A program made the position numbers and the translations under genes. The notes under the pieces are model-generated. The model saw nothing but the letters and a program-made list of their open reading frames with translations. It was not told where the DNA came from and did not search any database. Below are positions 47,478 through 57,520 of a stretch of DNA of 64,000 nt, piece after piece. Source of the DNA: an uncultured Candidatus Saccharibacteria bacterium (GTDB taxonomy: Bacteria; Patescibacteriota; Minisyncoccia; UBA9983); NCBI GenBank assembly GCA_964372755.1, contig CAYJQX010000002.1, positions 10,287 to 74,286 of the forward strand. Reading direction: 5' to 3'. How positions within the stretch are numbered: the stretch's first letter is position 1; each line of letters starts with the position of its first letter.

Positions 47478-48653
47478 CTATAAAGGCAGATTGGTCGGCG
47501 GTTCGCTTTTCTTGGCTTCAATCCTTCCCAGAGTCGGCGTTTCAGAGACACCGCCCGGAAAGTGGAAAATTGTGGCCAGTTCTTCCGTATTTAAAATAAA
47601 ATGTTGTCTTTCTTCGGGCGGATAAAAGGAAGAACGATTGATATAGCCATTTAAAATTTTTCTTTTGAGTCTTGGCTCGTAAATAGATTGAAAATATTCC
47701 GAAGCCGCTCTGTTTATGCCTTTAAAACCGTTCATGTTTAAAGCGCTAAACTGCTTTATGGCGCTTGCCATAGAAGCGATGTTGATGGAATTAAATTTAT
47801 CCTTTCTTGCGATATAACAAAATCTTATGCTGACATCGTAGGCTACCTTGGAAACATTCCTTTCTATGGCTTCTATGATTTGTCTTTCCCCGGGGGAAAG
47901 AAGCAGGGCGCCAAAATTCAAAACTTCCGTTTTGGCAATATCTCTTTTCATCAGTTGATCAATCAATGCTTTGGCTTCTGTTTTCCATTTTTTGTTTTTG
48001 GTCGTTCTTATCATTATTTGAAACCACGCATGTTCTCCGGCTTTCATAGAGCCAAAAAATTCTATCAAGGAGGTGATGGGATCCGTTTTTTGTTCTTCTT
48101 TGGTTGCCAAATTATCCAAGCCGTAATCAATATAAGTTTTTATTGGATACACGTCCTGTTCGTTCAAAATAAACTCCATTCCGTCGATGTTGTAATCCGG
48201 ATGAAGCTTGCCGTCTTTGATGAAAGGTTTGGTGTAATCTTCCACTTCATTTATTTCTATGTCTGGGTATTGACCATAAAATTGAGCAACTACCAACCTT
48301 ACCAGAGGTTTTACCACCCTAACGTAGAAATGAACATGGCCTTCAAAGGAGACAATTTCCAAACTATACCAGGAACGAAGAAAACCGTCGCGGTACCTTT
48401 CTAAAAAATTTCCGTCTTTGGCGACGCTGATGCCATTTAGGACCACTTCCATAGCTTGAGGTCCTTTAAAAATTTCTCTGGGAATTTTTACCTCAAGCGT
48501 TACCCAGGGCGCTTTTGCAACAAATTTATAACGAACGTAATATATCCAGAATCTCCAAGCCACATAACCCAAAATTATCGGCAACCAAAAATAAGCCGTG
48601 TTTAAAACTGCGTTAGACAAAAAAATTTCAAAAAAGGCCGAAGCCGGAGTCAT
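47478..48653 (-). CDS. Hypothetical membrane protein (391 aa)
   Basis: Two N-terminal TM segments. No motif recognised. Translationally coupled to the upstream sigma-r4-like gene. Confidence 0.3.
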   Translation of the reverse strand: MTPASAFFEIFLSNAVLNTAYFWLPIILGYVAWRFWIYYVRYKFVAKAPWVTLEVKIPREIFKGPQAMEVVLNGISVAKDGNFLERYRDGFLRSWYSLEIVSFEGHVHFYVRVVKPLVRLVVAQFYGQYPDIEINEVEDYTKPFIKDGKLHPDYNIDGMEFILNEQDVYPIKTYIDYGLDNLATKEEQKTDPITSLIEFFGSMKAGEHAWFQIMIRTTKNKKWKTEAKALIDQLMKRDIAKTEVLNFGALLLSPGERQIIEAIERNVSKVAYDVSIRFCYIARKDKFNSINIASMASAIKQFSALNMNGFKGINRAASEYFQSIYEPRLKRKILNGYINRSSFYPPEERQHFILNTEELATIFHFPGGVSETPTLGRIEAKKSEPPTNLPL

Positions 48654-49684
48654 TAACCTATATTATACCTTCTGTTGGCATCTCGTCTAAAAAAATCCTT
48701 GTTTTGGAGATTTACAAGGATGGTATTTTCCTTTACATAGCGTTCTTTTAACACGCGCTTTATTATTTCTTCTTTTGTCAGAGGACCGCTTAACTTAATA
48801 ATTTCCTTAATGACATCTCTTATTACTCCGGGCTTGTAACCCCACTCATTTAAGGCATAAAGACCGCGACCAACAAGTACAAAGCGCTTATCTTTTATAA
48901 GCTCGTTGTGCACGGTTTCCGAGTGTGCCTTGCGAGAAAAAAGATTTTTAATGTAATTGGCGACTTCGGAAAAATGAAGCGGAGAGCCGTGTTTTTTTAA
49001 CACTAAATAGGCCAGATCTTTCATGCCTTTTGGTCGGATAATCGGAGAATTTACGCTTCCCCATTCACCCAGAATATTTTTATCCACAGCTTTAGAAATG
49101 TGTAGCCACGAACGAAGGTTTTCTTCTTCCGGAACACTATTATATTTATCGGTAATATTTTTCTTCAAGAAATTAAAGAGCTCTTCTTCCGAAATTATCT
49201 CTTCTTTTTCTATCTTTTTATGCAAAGCCTGAAGTATGTTATGGATAGTCAGAGCTTTCTCTTTTTCCGTTGTCCAAGTATGGTGAAGGTCGTCTTCTTC
49301 TTTTATTTTTACAAAAGGTTCACCCAAAACCAACAAAAAGTGGATATGATTTTTCGTTTGCTTGTCATCGGCCAATGACCCTAGAAAATGATGCTCCGCC
49401 GCCACGGCGCCGTTTTCTTCCTCAAGAATATCTTTTAATTCATCAAAGACAGGGCGGGAGAGTTCGAAAACAGAGTGCTTTCTAATGGCGTCTATGGATG
49501 AATTTTCTATCTGGCGAACGCGCTCACGAGTGATTCCGTAAAGATCCCCTATGGATTCCAAGGTTTTTCTTTCCGGGGAATCTCCAATACCAAAGCGAGA
49601 CTGAATTACAATGCGGGCTCTTTCGTCTAGGGGGAGTATTAATTTTCTTGAAATACCGGCTGGTTTAAAACTAAGCGTAACCAT
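48653..49684 (-). CDS. Protein with an N-terminal sigma-70 region-4-like HTH domain and an uncharacterised C-terminal domain
   Basis: LDERARIVIQSRFGIGDSPERKTLESIGDLYGITRERVRQIENSSIDAIRK matches the region-4.2 pattern. Confidence 0.45.
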   Translation of the reverse strand: MVTLSFKPAGISRKLILPLDERARIVIQSRFGIGDSPERKTLESIGDLYGITRERVRQIENSSIDAIRKHSVFELSRPVFDELKDILEEENGAVAAEHHFLGSLADDKQTKNHIHFLLVLGEPFVKIKEEDDLHHTWTTEKEKALTIHNILQALHKKIEKEEIISEEELFNFLKKNITDKYNSVPEEENLRSWLHISKAVDKNILGEWGSVNSPIIRPKGMKDLAYLVLKKHGSPLHFSEVANYIKNLFSRKAHSETVHNELIKDKRFVLVGRGLYALNEWGYKPGVIRDVIKEIIKLSGPLTKEEIIKRVLKERYVKENTILVNLQNKDFFRRDANRRYNIG

Positions 49685-49798
49685 GTTTTTATTTTATTAC
49701 TGAATCAATTAAAATTTAATAATTAAGTTTTTTCTGTACAAACAATTATTGGTGAGAGAATAACATATAAGAATAAAATAGTCAACACGAAAACAAAA

Positions 49799-52201
49799 CT
49801 AGAGGACAAAACTTATCGCTCGTCCTTCCGCATAAAAAATCTTTTTTATTTGTTTATTTCGAAACAACACAGAAAATCTCGGGTTTGTTTTTACGAGATT
49901 GACAATATCTTCCTCAGAAATTTTCTTGTCTGCAAAAACAGTTCCCTTTACTTTTCCGTTTATCTGCACCACAACAGAAACCTCTCCTTTTTCTAATTTA
50001 TCCGCTTCATATTTTGGCCAGAGTTCTCGCGACAAGGTTTTTTTGTTTCCAAGATTCTCCCAAATTTCCTCCGTTATATGCGGAGCAAATGGAGAAAGTA
50101 ATAGCAGAAATTTCTCAAAACTATTTCTTGAGAGAGATTTTTCTTTTTCAAAAGTATTTACCAAAATCATAAGCACGGAAATAGCTGTATTGAATTTCAT
50201 GAATTCAATATCCTCCCCCACTTTTTTAATTGCTTGGTCTAGATCCACCGCTGATACTTCCATTTTTGATTTTTTCTCCACTTTCTCTTGAAGTTTCCAT
50301 ACCCTGTCTAGAAATCTTCTCGCCCCCATAAGGCTCTCCGTACTCCAAGCAATAGCTTGTCCGAATGGACCCATGAACATTTCGTAAACACGGAGCGTAT
50401 CGGCCCCGTAATTTTTTACAATTTCGTCAGGATTAACAACATTGCCTTTGGATTTGGACATCTTCTCCCCTTTGCCTGCCAATATCAGGCCGTGCGAAGT
50501 GCGTTTGGCATAAGGCTCGGAGGTGGACAAAACACCGATGTCGAATAAAAATTTATGCCAAAAGCGCGAATACAGGAGGTGCAAAGTAGTGTGCTCCATT
50601 CCCCCATTGTACCAATCTACCGGAAGCCACTTCTTTACAACATTTTTAAATTTTGAACTTTTGACTTGTTTGGAAATCAAAGCCGATGATTTTAGATCTT
50701 TTGCTATTAAGTACCCCCAATAATACCAGCTGGAACCAGCCCAGTTTGGCATAGTATCGGTCTCTCTTCTTGCTTTGCCTCCGCAAACGGGACATGGAAC
50801 ATTCAGCCATTTATTGAGGTGAGCAAGAGGAGAATCTCCATTTTCTGTCGGTCTGTATTCTTTTACCTCTGGTAATTTGAGTGGCAAATCTTGTTCATTG
50901 ATCGGCACCCAACCTTGCCCTGTTTTTTCGGCGCAATTTTTACAATAAACCATCGGAATCGGCTCTCCCCAATATCTCTGACGGGAAAAAACCCAATCGC
51001 GGAGTTTGTATTGAGTAATCGGCCTGCCAAAATCTCTCGTAATTTTTTTTGAGGCTTCTTCGCTTGATAAGCCGGAATAATTTTGAGAATTAACAAGCTT
51101 GTTGTCTTTTATCACCTCAACTATTGGCAGATTAAATTTTTTAGCAAAGTCAAAATCGCGATCATCATGAGCTGGCACGCCCATGATGGCTCCTGTGCCC
51201 ACATTTCCCAAAACATAGTTTGTAATCCAAACAGGCGTTTCTTTGCCGTTTGACGGATTTATCGCGACAATACCCGAATCAATTCCTTTTTTCTCCGGAT
51301 CCTCTTTTAAAGTTTCCTTATCTTTCAATTGAAGAGTTTTGGCAATAAATTTTTTGACATCTGCGCTGGCCTGCCAACCAACATCAAGCCATTTTTTTGC
51401 AAGTTCCGGCGAGATAGCCACAAAAGTTGCCCCGAAGATAGTTTCCGGGCGAGTAGTAAAAATTTCCACCTTGTGCTTATTCGGCTGGTTTGGTACTTTA
51501 AGTGGCCAAAAAATAGACGCTCCTTCGCTTTTCCCGATCCAGTTTTTTTGTTGTTGCCCAATGTGTTCTTGGAAATCAACATTATTTAAGTCTTTATCTA
51601 ATCTGTCGGCGTATTTGGTGATAGCCAGCATCCACTGGTCTTTTTCTCTTTTTTCTGTCTCTCCTCCGCAACGCTCGCATTTATCGCCTATTACTTCCTC
51701 ATTAGCCAAACCGATTTTGCAAGATAAGCACCAATTAATGCTCATCTTGGCCTTATAAGCCAGACCATGTTTAAAAAGTTGGATAAAGATCCACTGTGTC
51801 CATTTGTAATAACTCGGATCGGTGGTGTTTATTTCTCTGGACCAATCGAAAGAAACTCCAAGGGATTGGATTTGCCTTCTGAAATTGTCCGTATTTTTTT
51901 TGGTAACAATTTTGGGATGGATGCCTGTTTTTACCGCGTAGTTTTCTGTCGGCAAGCCAAAAGCGTCCCATCCGATCGGATACAAAACATTAAATCCCTC
52001 CATCCGTCGCTTGCGGGCGATCACATCCAAAGCTATATAAGGGCGGGGATGCCCAACATGCAAACCCTCTCCCGATGGATATGGAAATTCAATCAATCCG
52101 TAGAATTTCTTTTTCTTTGAATTGAGATTCGGTTCAAAGGTTTTTTGCTCTTTCCATCTTTTTTGCCACTTTTTTTCTATCTTTTGATGATCGTATTTCA
52201 T
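49799..52201 (-). CDS. leuS: Leucyl-tRNA synthetase
   Basis: HIGH-type motif (HVGHPRPY), the CP1 editing domain, and KMSKS (KMSKSKGN). Confidence 0.9.
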   Translation of the reverse strand: MKYDHQKIEKKWQKRWKEQKTFEPNLNSKKKKFYGLIEFPYPSGEGLHVGHPRPYIALDVIARKRRMEGFNVLYPIGWDAFGLPTENYAVKTGIHPKIVTKKNTDNFRRQIQSLGVSFDWSREINTTDPSYYKWTQWIFIQLFKHGLAYKAKMSINWCLSCKIGLANEEVIGDKCERCGGETEKREKDQWMLAITKYADRLDKDLNNVDFQEHIGQQQKNWIGKSEGASIFWPLKVPNQPNKHKVEIFTTRPETIFGATFVAISPELAKKWLDVGWQASADVKKFIAKTLQLKDKETLKEDPEKKGIDSGIVAINPSNGKETPVWITNYVLGNVGTGAIMGVPAHDDRDFDFAKKFNLPIVEVIKDNKLVNSQNYSGLSSEEASKKITRDFGRPITQYKLRDWVFSRQRYWGEPIPMVYCKNCAEKTGQGWVPINEQDLPLKLPEVKEYRPTENGDSPLAHLNKWLNVPCPVCGGKARRETDTMPNWAGSSWYYWGYLIAKDLKSSALISKQVKSSKFKNVVKKWLPVDWYNGGMEHTTLHLLYSRFWHKFLFDIGVLSTSEPYAKRTSHGLILAGKGEKMSKSKGNVVNPDEIVKNYGADTLRVYEMFMGPFGQAIAWSTESLMGARRFLDRVWKLQEKVEKKSKMEVSAVDLDQAIKKVGEDIEFMKFNTAISVLMILVNTFEKEKSLSRNSFEKFLLLLSPFAPHITEEIWENLGNKKTLSRELWPKYEADKLEKGEVSVVVQINGKVKGTVFADKKISEEDIVNLVKTNPRFSVLFRNKQIKKIFYAEGRAISFVL

Positions 52202-52278
52202 TCTGTATTTATCCCCTCTCCAATGATAGACGTCCGACGTCTATCATTGGATTTATTTGAAAATTTTTTAATTTAATC

Positions 52279-52866
52279 CTAGTCTTTCATTTTTTTTACG
52301 CCAAACCAAATGAGTATAGCAAGAGCTACTCCCAAAACAATAAAACGCAAATATTCGTCCATGGCCGACCAGTATCTCATGGTGCCCACTACAAGCGACA
52401 AAAGACCGCCAAAAGAAAGTCCTAGAGACACCGCCTCAGCGCTTATCAAAAGAAAACCGGCGATTATGGATATAACGCCCAAAGAAACAAGAACAATAAA
52501 AACATTTCTGTTGTAGAGATCGCGCACGGCAGTGTATTCGTCCGAACACTCTTTTTGTTTTTTTGCTATCTCCGTTTGCTCTTTTTCATAAGCTTCAATG
52601 GCCACTTTGTCCTTGGGATCTGCGGGATATGGTTTTGGCGCGAAACGGTAGTAATCATCCGTGCAAAAATCATTGTATTTAGGTTCGCTATAAAAAGCTC
52701 TCACCCCGAAATTAAAAAAAAGATTCAAAACCACGATAATCCCGACAACAAGAATAAATTTTCTATAATTCCTTGATGTTTTTTTGATGTTTTCCATGCC
52801 TTTCATTATGGCACAAGTAATCTTAAAAGACAAAATAAGCGTAATATCCCAATAGCTTGGAATCAC
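52279..52866 (-). CDS. Hypothetical membrane protein. The N-terminal ~20 codons overlap a 53-bp repeat, so the likely start is the internal MKGMEN.
   Basis: Two or three TM segments. ORF only. Confidence 0.3.
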   Translation of the reverse strand: MIPSYWDITLILSFKITCAIMKGMENIKKTSRNYRKFILVVGIIVVLNLFFNFGVRAFYSEPKYNDFCTDDYYRFAPKPYPADPKDKVAIEAYEKEQTEIAKKQKECSDEYTAVRDLYNRNVFIVLVSLGVISIIAGFLLISAEAVSLGLSFGGLLSLVVGTMRYWSAMDEYLRFIVLGVALAILIWFGVKKMKD

Positions 52867-53115
52867 TCTTATGAAGTCCGACTTCGTTAGACTTCGTTAG
52901 ACAAACTATCTGTATCCATCCACCGCATTCGAAAAGAACTCTCGGGAAGTCGGACTTCCCGAGAGTTCTTTTGCAATACACAAAGGGTGAGTTTATTTTC
53001 TTGTATTTCCTTATATCCGCATCTCACCATACTTTTTTGGAAAATAAAAAACCGGACGCAAGTTTTGAGACAAAATAATCTCAATAATTCACGTCCGGTA
53101 AAACTCAATCCGATC

Positions 53116-53703
53116 CTACTCTTCTAACTCTTCTCTAATATCCAGAAGTCGCAAAAATCGATCTACACGACCTCTGTAGCTACGAAGAAGAGGTGTTCCT
53201 TCCTTTTCTTCCATTCGCTGCCTATACCAGTCTCCCCTATTAACGGTCGTATGGACATACCTATCTATTGAATGTCGCCGATAGGCCGCCGCCTTGCAGG
53301 CGTTTGGCTCAAAAATCACATACTCCAGCTCTCTATCTGTCCGTTCCCGCAAGACAAAGTCGAGCTCGAGATTTGCGACGATTTCCTTAACAATAAATAG
53401 AGCTTCCTCACATTCTTTGTCCGTTATATGATTACAAATATGAACCTCAATATGGCTTCCAACCATTCTAGTGGAAACAGTCTTCCGTTTTGGATCGCCT
53501 TGACGCCATCGCCGATTGAGAGACAAAATAATATCTCCCTCTTTCAATAAATACAGATGGCCCATCCATCTATTACGGTGGACTGAAAACCTGTCCCACA
53601 TAATCGTGATGAATGAAAGTTTTTTCTCTTGCTCTGACATAACGGATCTCCCTTCAAGGAGTAACGCATGCAAAAAACAAACAATGAATGAAGGGCGTTT
53701 CAA
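53116..53703 (-). CDS. Hypothetical protein (195 aa) carried on a ~1.1-kb segment bracketed by 53-bp direct repeats
   Basis: ORF only. GC-richer than the flanks. Conserved His/Asp/Glu residues but no confident family. Confidence 0.3.
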   Translation of the reverse strand: MKRPSFIVCFLHALLLEGRSVMSEQEKKLSFITIMWDRFSVHRNRWMGHLYLLKEGDIILSLNRRWRQGDPKRKTVSTRMVGSHIEVHICNHITDKECEEALFIVKEIVANLELDFVLRERTDRELEYVIFEPNACKAAAYRRHSIDRYVHTTVNRGDWYRQRMEEKEGTPLLRSYRGRVDRFLRLLDIREELEE

Positions 53704-54110
53704 TCCGTTGCCGGAATCTTTTTACCAAACATGTTCAATGCTCTGTAATCCGTTTCCGAAAGGTGTTAGCGAGCATTTATAGTCTGTTTGGATACTGCGC
53801 GTCCGTTGCCGGAATCAGTGTTTATTGGTGTTCCGCAAAAAAGAGAGCTTATGATACCTCCTTATGTTAATGTTAGATTTTTGCGATTTAGAAAGAGCGA
53901 TTGCCTAGTCATGAATGTATCACACCCCGAAGAATCTGTCAATTTTCGCGTAATATCCCAATAGCTTGGAATCACTCTTATGAAGTCCGACTTCGTTAGA
54001 TGAGCTGAAAAAAGATACAGAAGTCAGAGAGCTAATATCAAAAATAAAAAATCCAATACGTGAAATACCTAAATGAACGACGTCGGACGTCTCTCATTGA
54101 TTAATCATTG

Positions 54111-55205
54111 TTAAATCTTAAACTCTATAACATCGCCGTCTTTGACGATATAGTCTTTGCCTTCAAGTCGGAGGAGGCCGAGTTCTCGGGCTTTGGCATA
54201 TGAGCCGGCTTCAATTAACTTTTGCCAATTTATCACTTCGGCGCGGATAAATTTATCTTTAAAATCCGTGTGAATGGCCATGCCGGCAACGGGCGCGGTG
54301 GAATTTTCCTTTATCGTCCACGCCCGCGTCTCCCCGCCCGAACGTGCCGAATCACGTTCGGTACGGGCGGGATCTTCACCGGTTGTAAAATATGTCATGA
54401 GCCCAAGCAATTTATAACTTTCACGAATTAAATCATCTACGCCATCATTGATGTTAAGTTCATCTCTCATTGTTTTCGCTTCCTCCGGAGAAAGTTCCAT
54501 TAAATCTTCTTCAGTTTTAATATCCAAAAAAACATGGTTTTTGCTTTTAAGGCCTTCAAGGATCTCAGCATTATTACTGGAGATATTGTAAATATAGATT
54601 ACCGGCTTCATTGTAATTAAATGGAGCTCGCGCGCTAAAGCTTTTTCTTCAGTTGTTAGGTTAACATCTCTTGCCGACATTCCTTTTTCCAGAACCTCTT
54701 TCAATTTCACGAAAACGTCATTTTTGGCTTGAGCTTCTTTCTCTCCTCCCCTTATTTCCCGTGTCATATTCGCCAAGCGTTTTGTAACCGTATCCAAATC
54801 TGCCAAAATTAATTCCGTTTCAATTATGGAGACATCGTTTTGTGGATCTATAGTGTTGTGCACGTGAATAACATCGCCATTTTTGAAAACTCGCACCACT
54901 TCGGCGATAGCATCCACTTCGCGGATATGGCTTAAAAATTTATTACCCAATCCTTCACCTTCCGAGGCACCTTTTACCAGCCCCGCGATATCCACAAACT
55001 CCACCACGGCCGGAATTCTTTTTTTGGAGTGCGAAAAATCCGCGAGCTTGCCCACCCGCTCATCCGGCACAACAACCACACCCACATTCGGATCGATGGT
55101 GCAGAAAGGGTAATTTTGGATATCTACCTGTTTTTTGGTCAAAACTTTGAATAAACTGGATTTCCCCACATTTGGCAGGCCGACTATGCCGATTGAAAGA
55201 GACAT
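54111..55205 (-). CDS. ychF: Ribosome-binding ATPase YchF (Obg-family GTPase/ATPase with TGS domain)
   Basis: G1 motif GIVGLPNVGKSSLF. 364 aa. C-terminal TGS domain ...DGDVIEFKI. Confidence 0.85.
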   Translation of the reverse strand: MSLSIGIVGLPNVGKSSLFKVLTKKQVDIQNYPFCTIDPNVGVVVVPDERVGKLADFSHSKKRIPAVVEFVDIAGLVKGASEGEGLGNKFLSHIREVDAIAEVVRVFKNGDVIHVHNTIDPQNDVSIIETELILADLDTVTKRLANMTREIRGGEKEAQAKNDVFVKLKEVLEKGMSARDVNLTTEEKALARELHLITMKPVIYIYNISSNNAEILEGLKSKNHVFLDIKTEEDLMELSPEEAKTMRDELNINDGVDDLIRESYKLLGLMTYFTTGEDPARTERDSARSGGETRAWTIKENSTAPVAGMAIHTDFKDKFIRAEVINWQKLIEAGSYAKARELGLLRLEGKDYIVKDGDVIEFKI

Positions 55206-55272
55206 AATAATCAGTATTACGCATCAAGAATTAAGTAGCAAGGGTCATATAAATAGCGTATAATCTGGACAT

Positions 55273-56106
55273 ATGACAAAAATCGGCTGTCACGTATCAA
55301 TTGCCGGCGGAGTGGACAAAGCACCCGAGAGGGCCAAGGTTTTGGGCTGTGAGGTAATGCAGATCTTCACCCGATCGCCCCAAGGGGGACCGGCGCCAAA
55401 ACTTACTCCTGAAATTTTGGCAAATTTCAAATCACAAATATCAAAAAACAAAATTAGCGATACTTACATCCACACGCCTTATTACATAAACTTTGCCTCC
55501 AGCAATCCGCGGATAAAATTTGGTTCGGCAAGTGTAATCCGCGACGAGCTTGAACGCGGATCTTTACTTGGTGCGAAATATGTTATGACCCATCTGGGGA
55601 GCGCCAAAGAATCCGGCGCGGAGGAAGGATCAAAAATGGTCATTGAGGGAATTAGAAAAGCTCTTGACGGCTACAAGGGCACAACAAAGCTATTGCTAGA
55701 AAACAGCGCCGGTTCGGGAGATGTTATCGGCTCAAATTTTATTGATTTAGCCAAAATTTTGAAAGCTCTGAAAACGGAAAAGGCTTTAGCTGGAATTTGT
55801 ATGGACACACAGCACGCTTGGGCAAGCGGATATGATTGGGTGAATGACTTTCAAAACACATTAAAGAGAATAGATAAAGAAATTGGGATTAAAAACATAA
55901 AATTAATTCACGCCAACGACAGCAAGCCCGAATTTAACGAGCGGAAAGATAGACACGAACACATTGGCAAAGGCACGATAGGGCTCAAAGGTTTCAAAGA
56001 TATTATGACTTTTGTGCAAAAACTAAATATAGACATGCTCCTCGAGACCGAGCATCCGGAAGTAGAGACAGATATAAAGATTCTTAAAAAGTTGAGAGGG
56101 AAATAA
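55273..56106 (+). CDS. nfo: Endonuclease IV (AP endonuclease family 2)
   Basis: MTKIGCHVSIAGG, LLENSAG, CMDTQHAWASGYD, HEHIGKGTIG metal-binding motifs. Confidence 0.85.
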   Translation: MTKIGCHVSIAGGVDKAPERAKVLGCEVMQIFTRSPQGGPAPKLTPEILANFKSQISKNKISDTYIHTPYYINFASSNPRIKFGSASVIRDELERGSLLGAKYVMTHLGSAKESGAEEGSKMVIEGIRKALDGYKGTTKLLLENSAGSGDVIGSNFIDLAKILKALKTEKALAGICMDTQHAWASGYDWVNDFQNTLKRIDKEIGIKNIKLIHANDSKPEFNERKDRHEHIGKGTIGLKGFKDIMTFVQKLNIDMLLETEHPEVETDIKILKKLRGK

Positions 56107-56107
56107 A

Positions 56108-56157
56108 AAAACCGTCCGTGCTTATATGAAAACACACGAACGGTTTTGTTTTTTATT
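56108..56157 (+). terminator. Rho-independent terminator of nfo
   Basis: AAACCGTCCGTG...CACGAACGGTTT followed by TGTTTTTT. Confidence 0.6.
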
Positions 56158-56193
56158 GGTCTCTATGAGAGACGTCCGACGTCTCTCATACGT

Positions 56194-56739
56194 CTATTGA
56201 TCATTAAGACCGAAAACTTCGCGGATTCCAGGGATCATTGCAACCGCGCAACGCTCCCCTCTCGCCGGACAGATCATATCCGGATTTAATCCGTCCAGCG
56301 CCGAGCATTGGCACGAGAACATCCTCGGCTCAAGCTCTCCTTCTCGAAGAAAAGCATTCGTAAATACTCGAACGCCTTCCTTTTCCTGTAAAATAGTTGT
56401 AGAGGGAGCGGGAGGGATTTTCCTCGAAGCTTCCATAAGTTTCTGGAAGTTTCTGGGAAAATTCCTGTTATCTTCAAACTTTAAACGGCACACCCTACCC
56501 ACTGTCTCCTCGCCATTTTTCAGGTAGATAGCCATCTCTATCCCTGAATTTTTCGCTCGAGACATTCTCTCGGGTATCGCTACCCGAACATGAGAAGGGA
56601 TACCGCCGAAAGTTTGAATCTCCCTTCTGACAGAAAAACTACGGACATCGCTTACCGGAATATCCGCCTCAGCCAAAAAATTGGACGCGGCAATCCCTAT
56701 CCGGTCTTTCAGAGAGCTGTAAGGAACAGAGCTCCGCAT
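56194..56739 (-). CDS. Hypothetical protein (181 aa) with a Cys-rich C-terminus (CQC...CPARGERC). GC-rich.
   Basis: ORF and composition only. Confidence 0.3.
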   Translation of the reverse strand: MRSSVPYSSLKDRIGIAASNFLAEADIPVSDVRSFSVRREIQTFGGIPSHVRVAIPERMSRAKNSGIEMAIYLKNGEETVGRVCRLKFEDNRNFPRNFQKLMEASRKIPPAPSTTILQEKEGVRVFTNAFLREGELEPRMFSCQCSALDGLNPDMICPARGERCAVAMIPGIREVFGLNDQ

Positions 56740-56848
56740 AGTGCGACCTCCTTGCTTAAAAAAGTTATTGGTTAAAAAAAAATAAAGAACACAAAACGCT
56801 GTTTAAGAGAATACTACTAGCAAGAAAAAAGTCAACCTAGATAAACAT

Positions 56849-57520
56849 GTGGAAAACTTTCAAAGTTTGTGGTATAAAGCACTTATGGGAAATAACTTGT
56901 TGAAAAAATCTTTAGAGAAGAAATACTTTAACCTCTACGACAAATTTATCAAAAAAGAATTAGAAAAGAAATCCTTGCTTCATTGTTTTTACGGCCATAC
57001 TCACATTTCAAGATCGGGAGACTTTTTTACCAACATTGGAAGTTACAAGGATGGATACTTCGCAAAAACGGAAAGCGGACTTGTTCTTTCCGATGTTCAC
57101 TTAGGCCTCTTCCCTTACTCAAAAAAAGAACTCTCGGAATTAAAAAGAATAATATCCGCAGAAGAAAAAATTATTCTTCTTGGAGATTTTTTTGATCTTT
57201 TCTATGATAGGCCTTCAGACATAGCCCTTCGTTTTGCCGATATAATAAAAATTATCCGGCAGAAAATCAAAAGAGATTCTCTTGTCTACATCAGAGGCAA
57301 CCACGACTGGCACGCAAAAAAACATTTAGATTTGGAAACTGTGGACTGGTACTCTGAAAAAAATAATCTTTTTATCCATGGCCACAAACAAGATCCGCTG
57401 ATGAGTGTTTTCCCTCTTAAAATGTTTTATTCGGCAAGAATGAGCCTCGGATATAAATGGCCTGTCCACACAAAGAAGATATATTCTCGCTATCTTTCTT
57501 CCCAAAAAATAAATAGTTAG
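56849..57520 (+). CDS. Calcineurin-like metallophosphoesterase
   Basis: GHTH, LLGDFFD and RGNHD motifs. Confidence 0.55.
   Translation: MENFQSLWYKALMGNNLLKKSLEKKYFNLYDKFIKKELEKKSLLHCFYGHTHISRSGDFFTNIGSYKDGYFAKTESGLVLSDVHLGLFPYSKKELSELKRIISAEEKIILLGDFFDLFYDRPSDIALRFADIIKIIRQKIKRDSLVYIRGNHDWHAKKHLDLETVDWYSEKNNLFIHGHKQDPLMSVFPLKMFYSARMSLGYKWPVHTKKIYSRYLSSQKINS

Noticed and set aside
52887-53108. 73-aa minus-strand ORF between the 53-bp repeat and the 195-aa ORF
   Set aside because: It overlaps the 37-bp palindrome/terminator. It has no motif and is probably non-coding.
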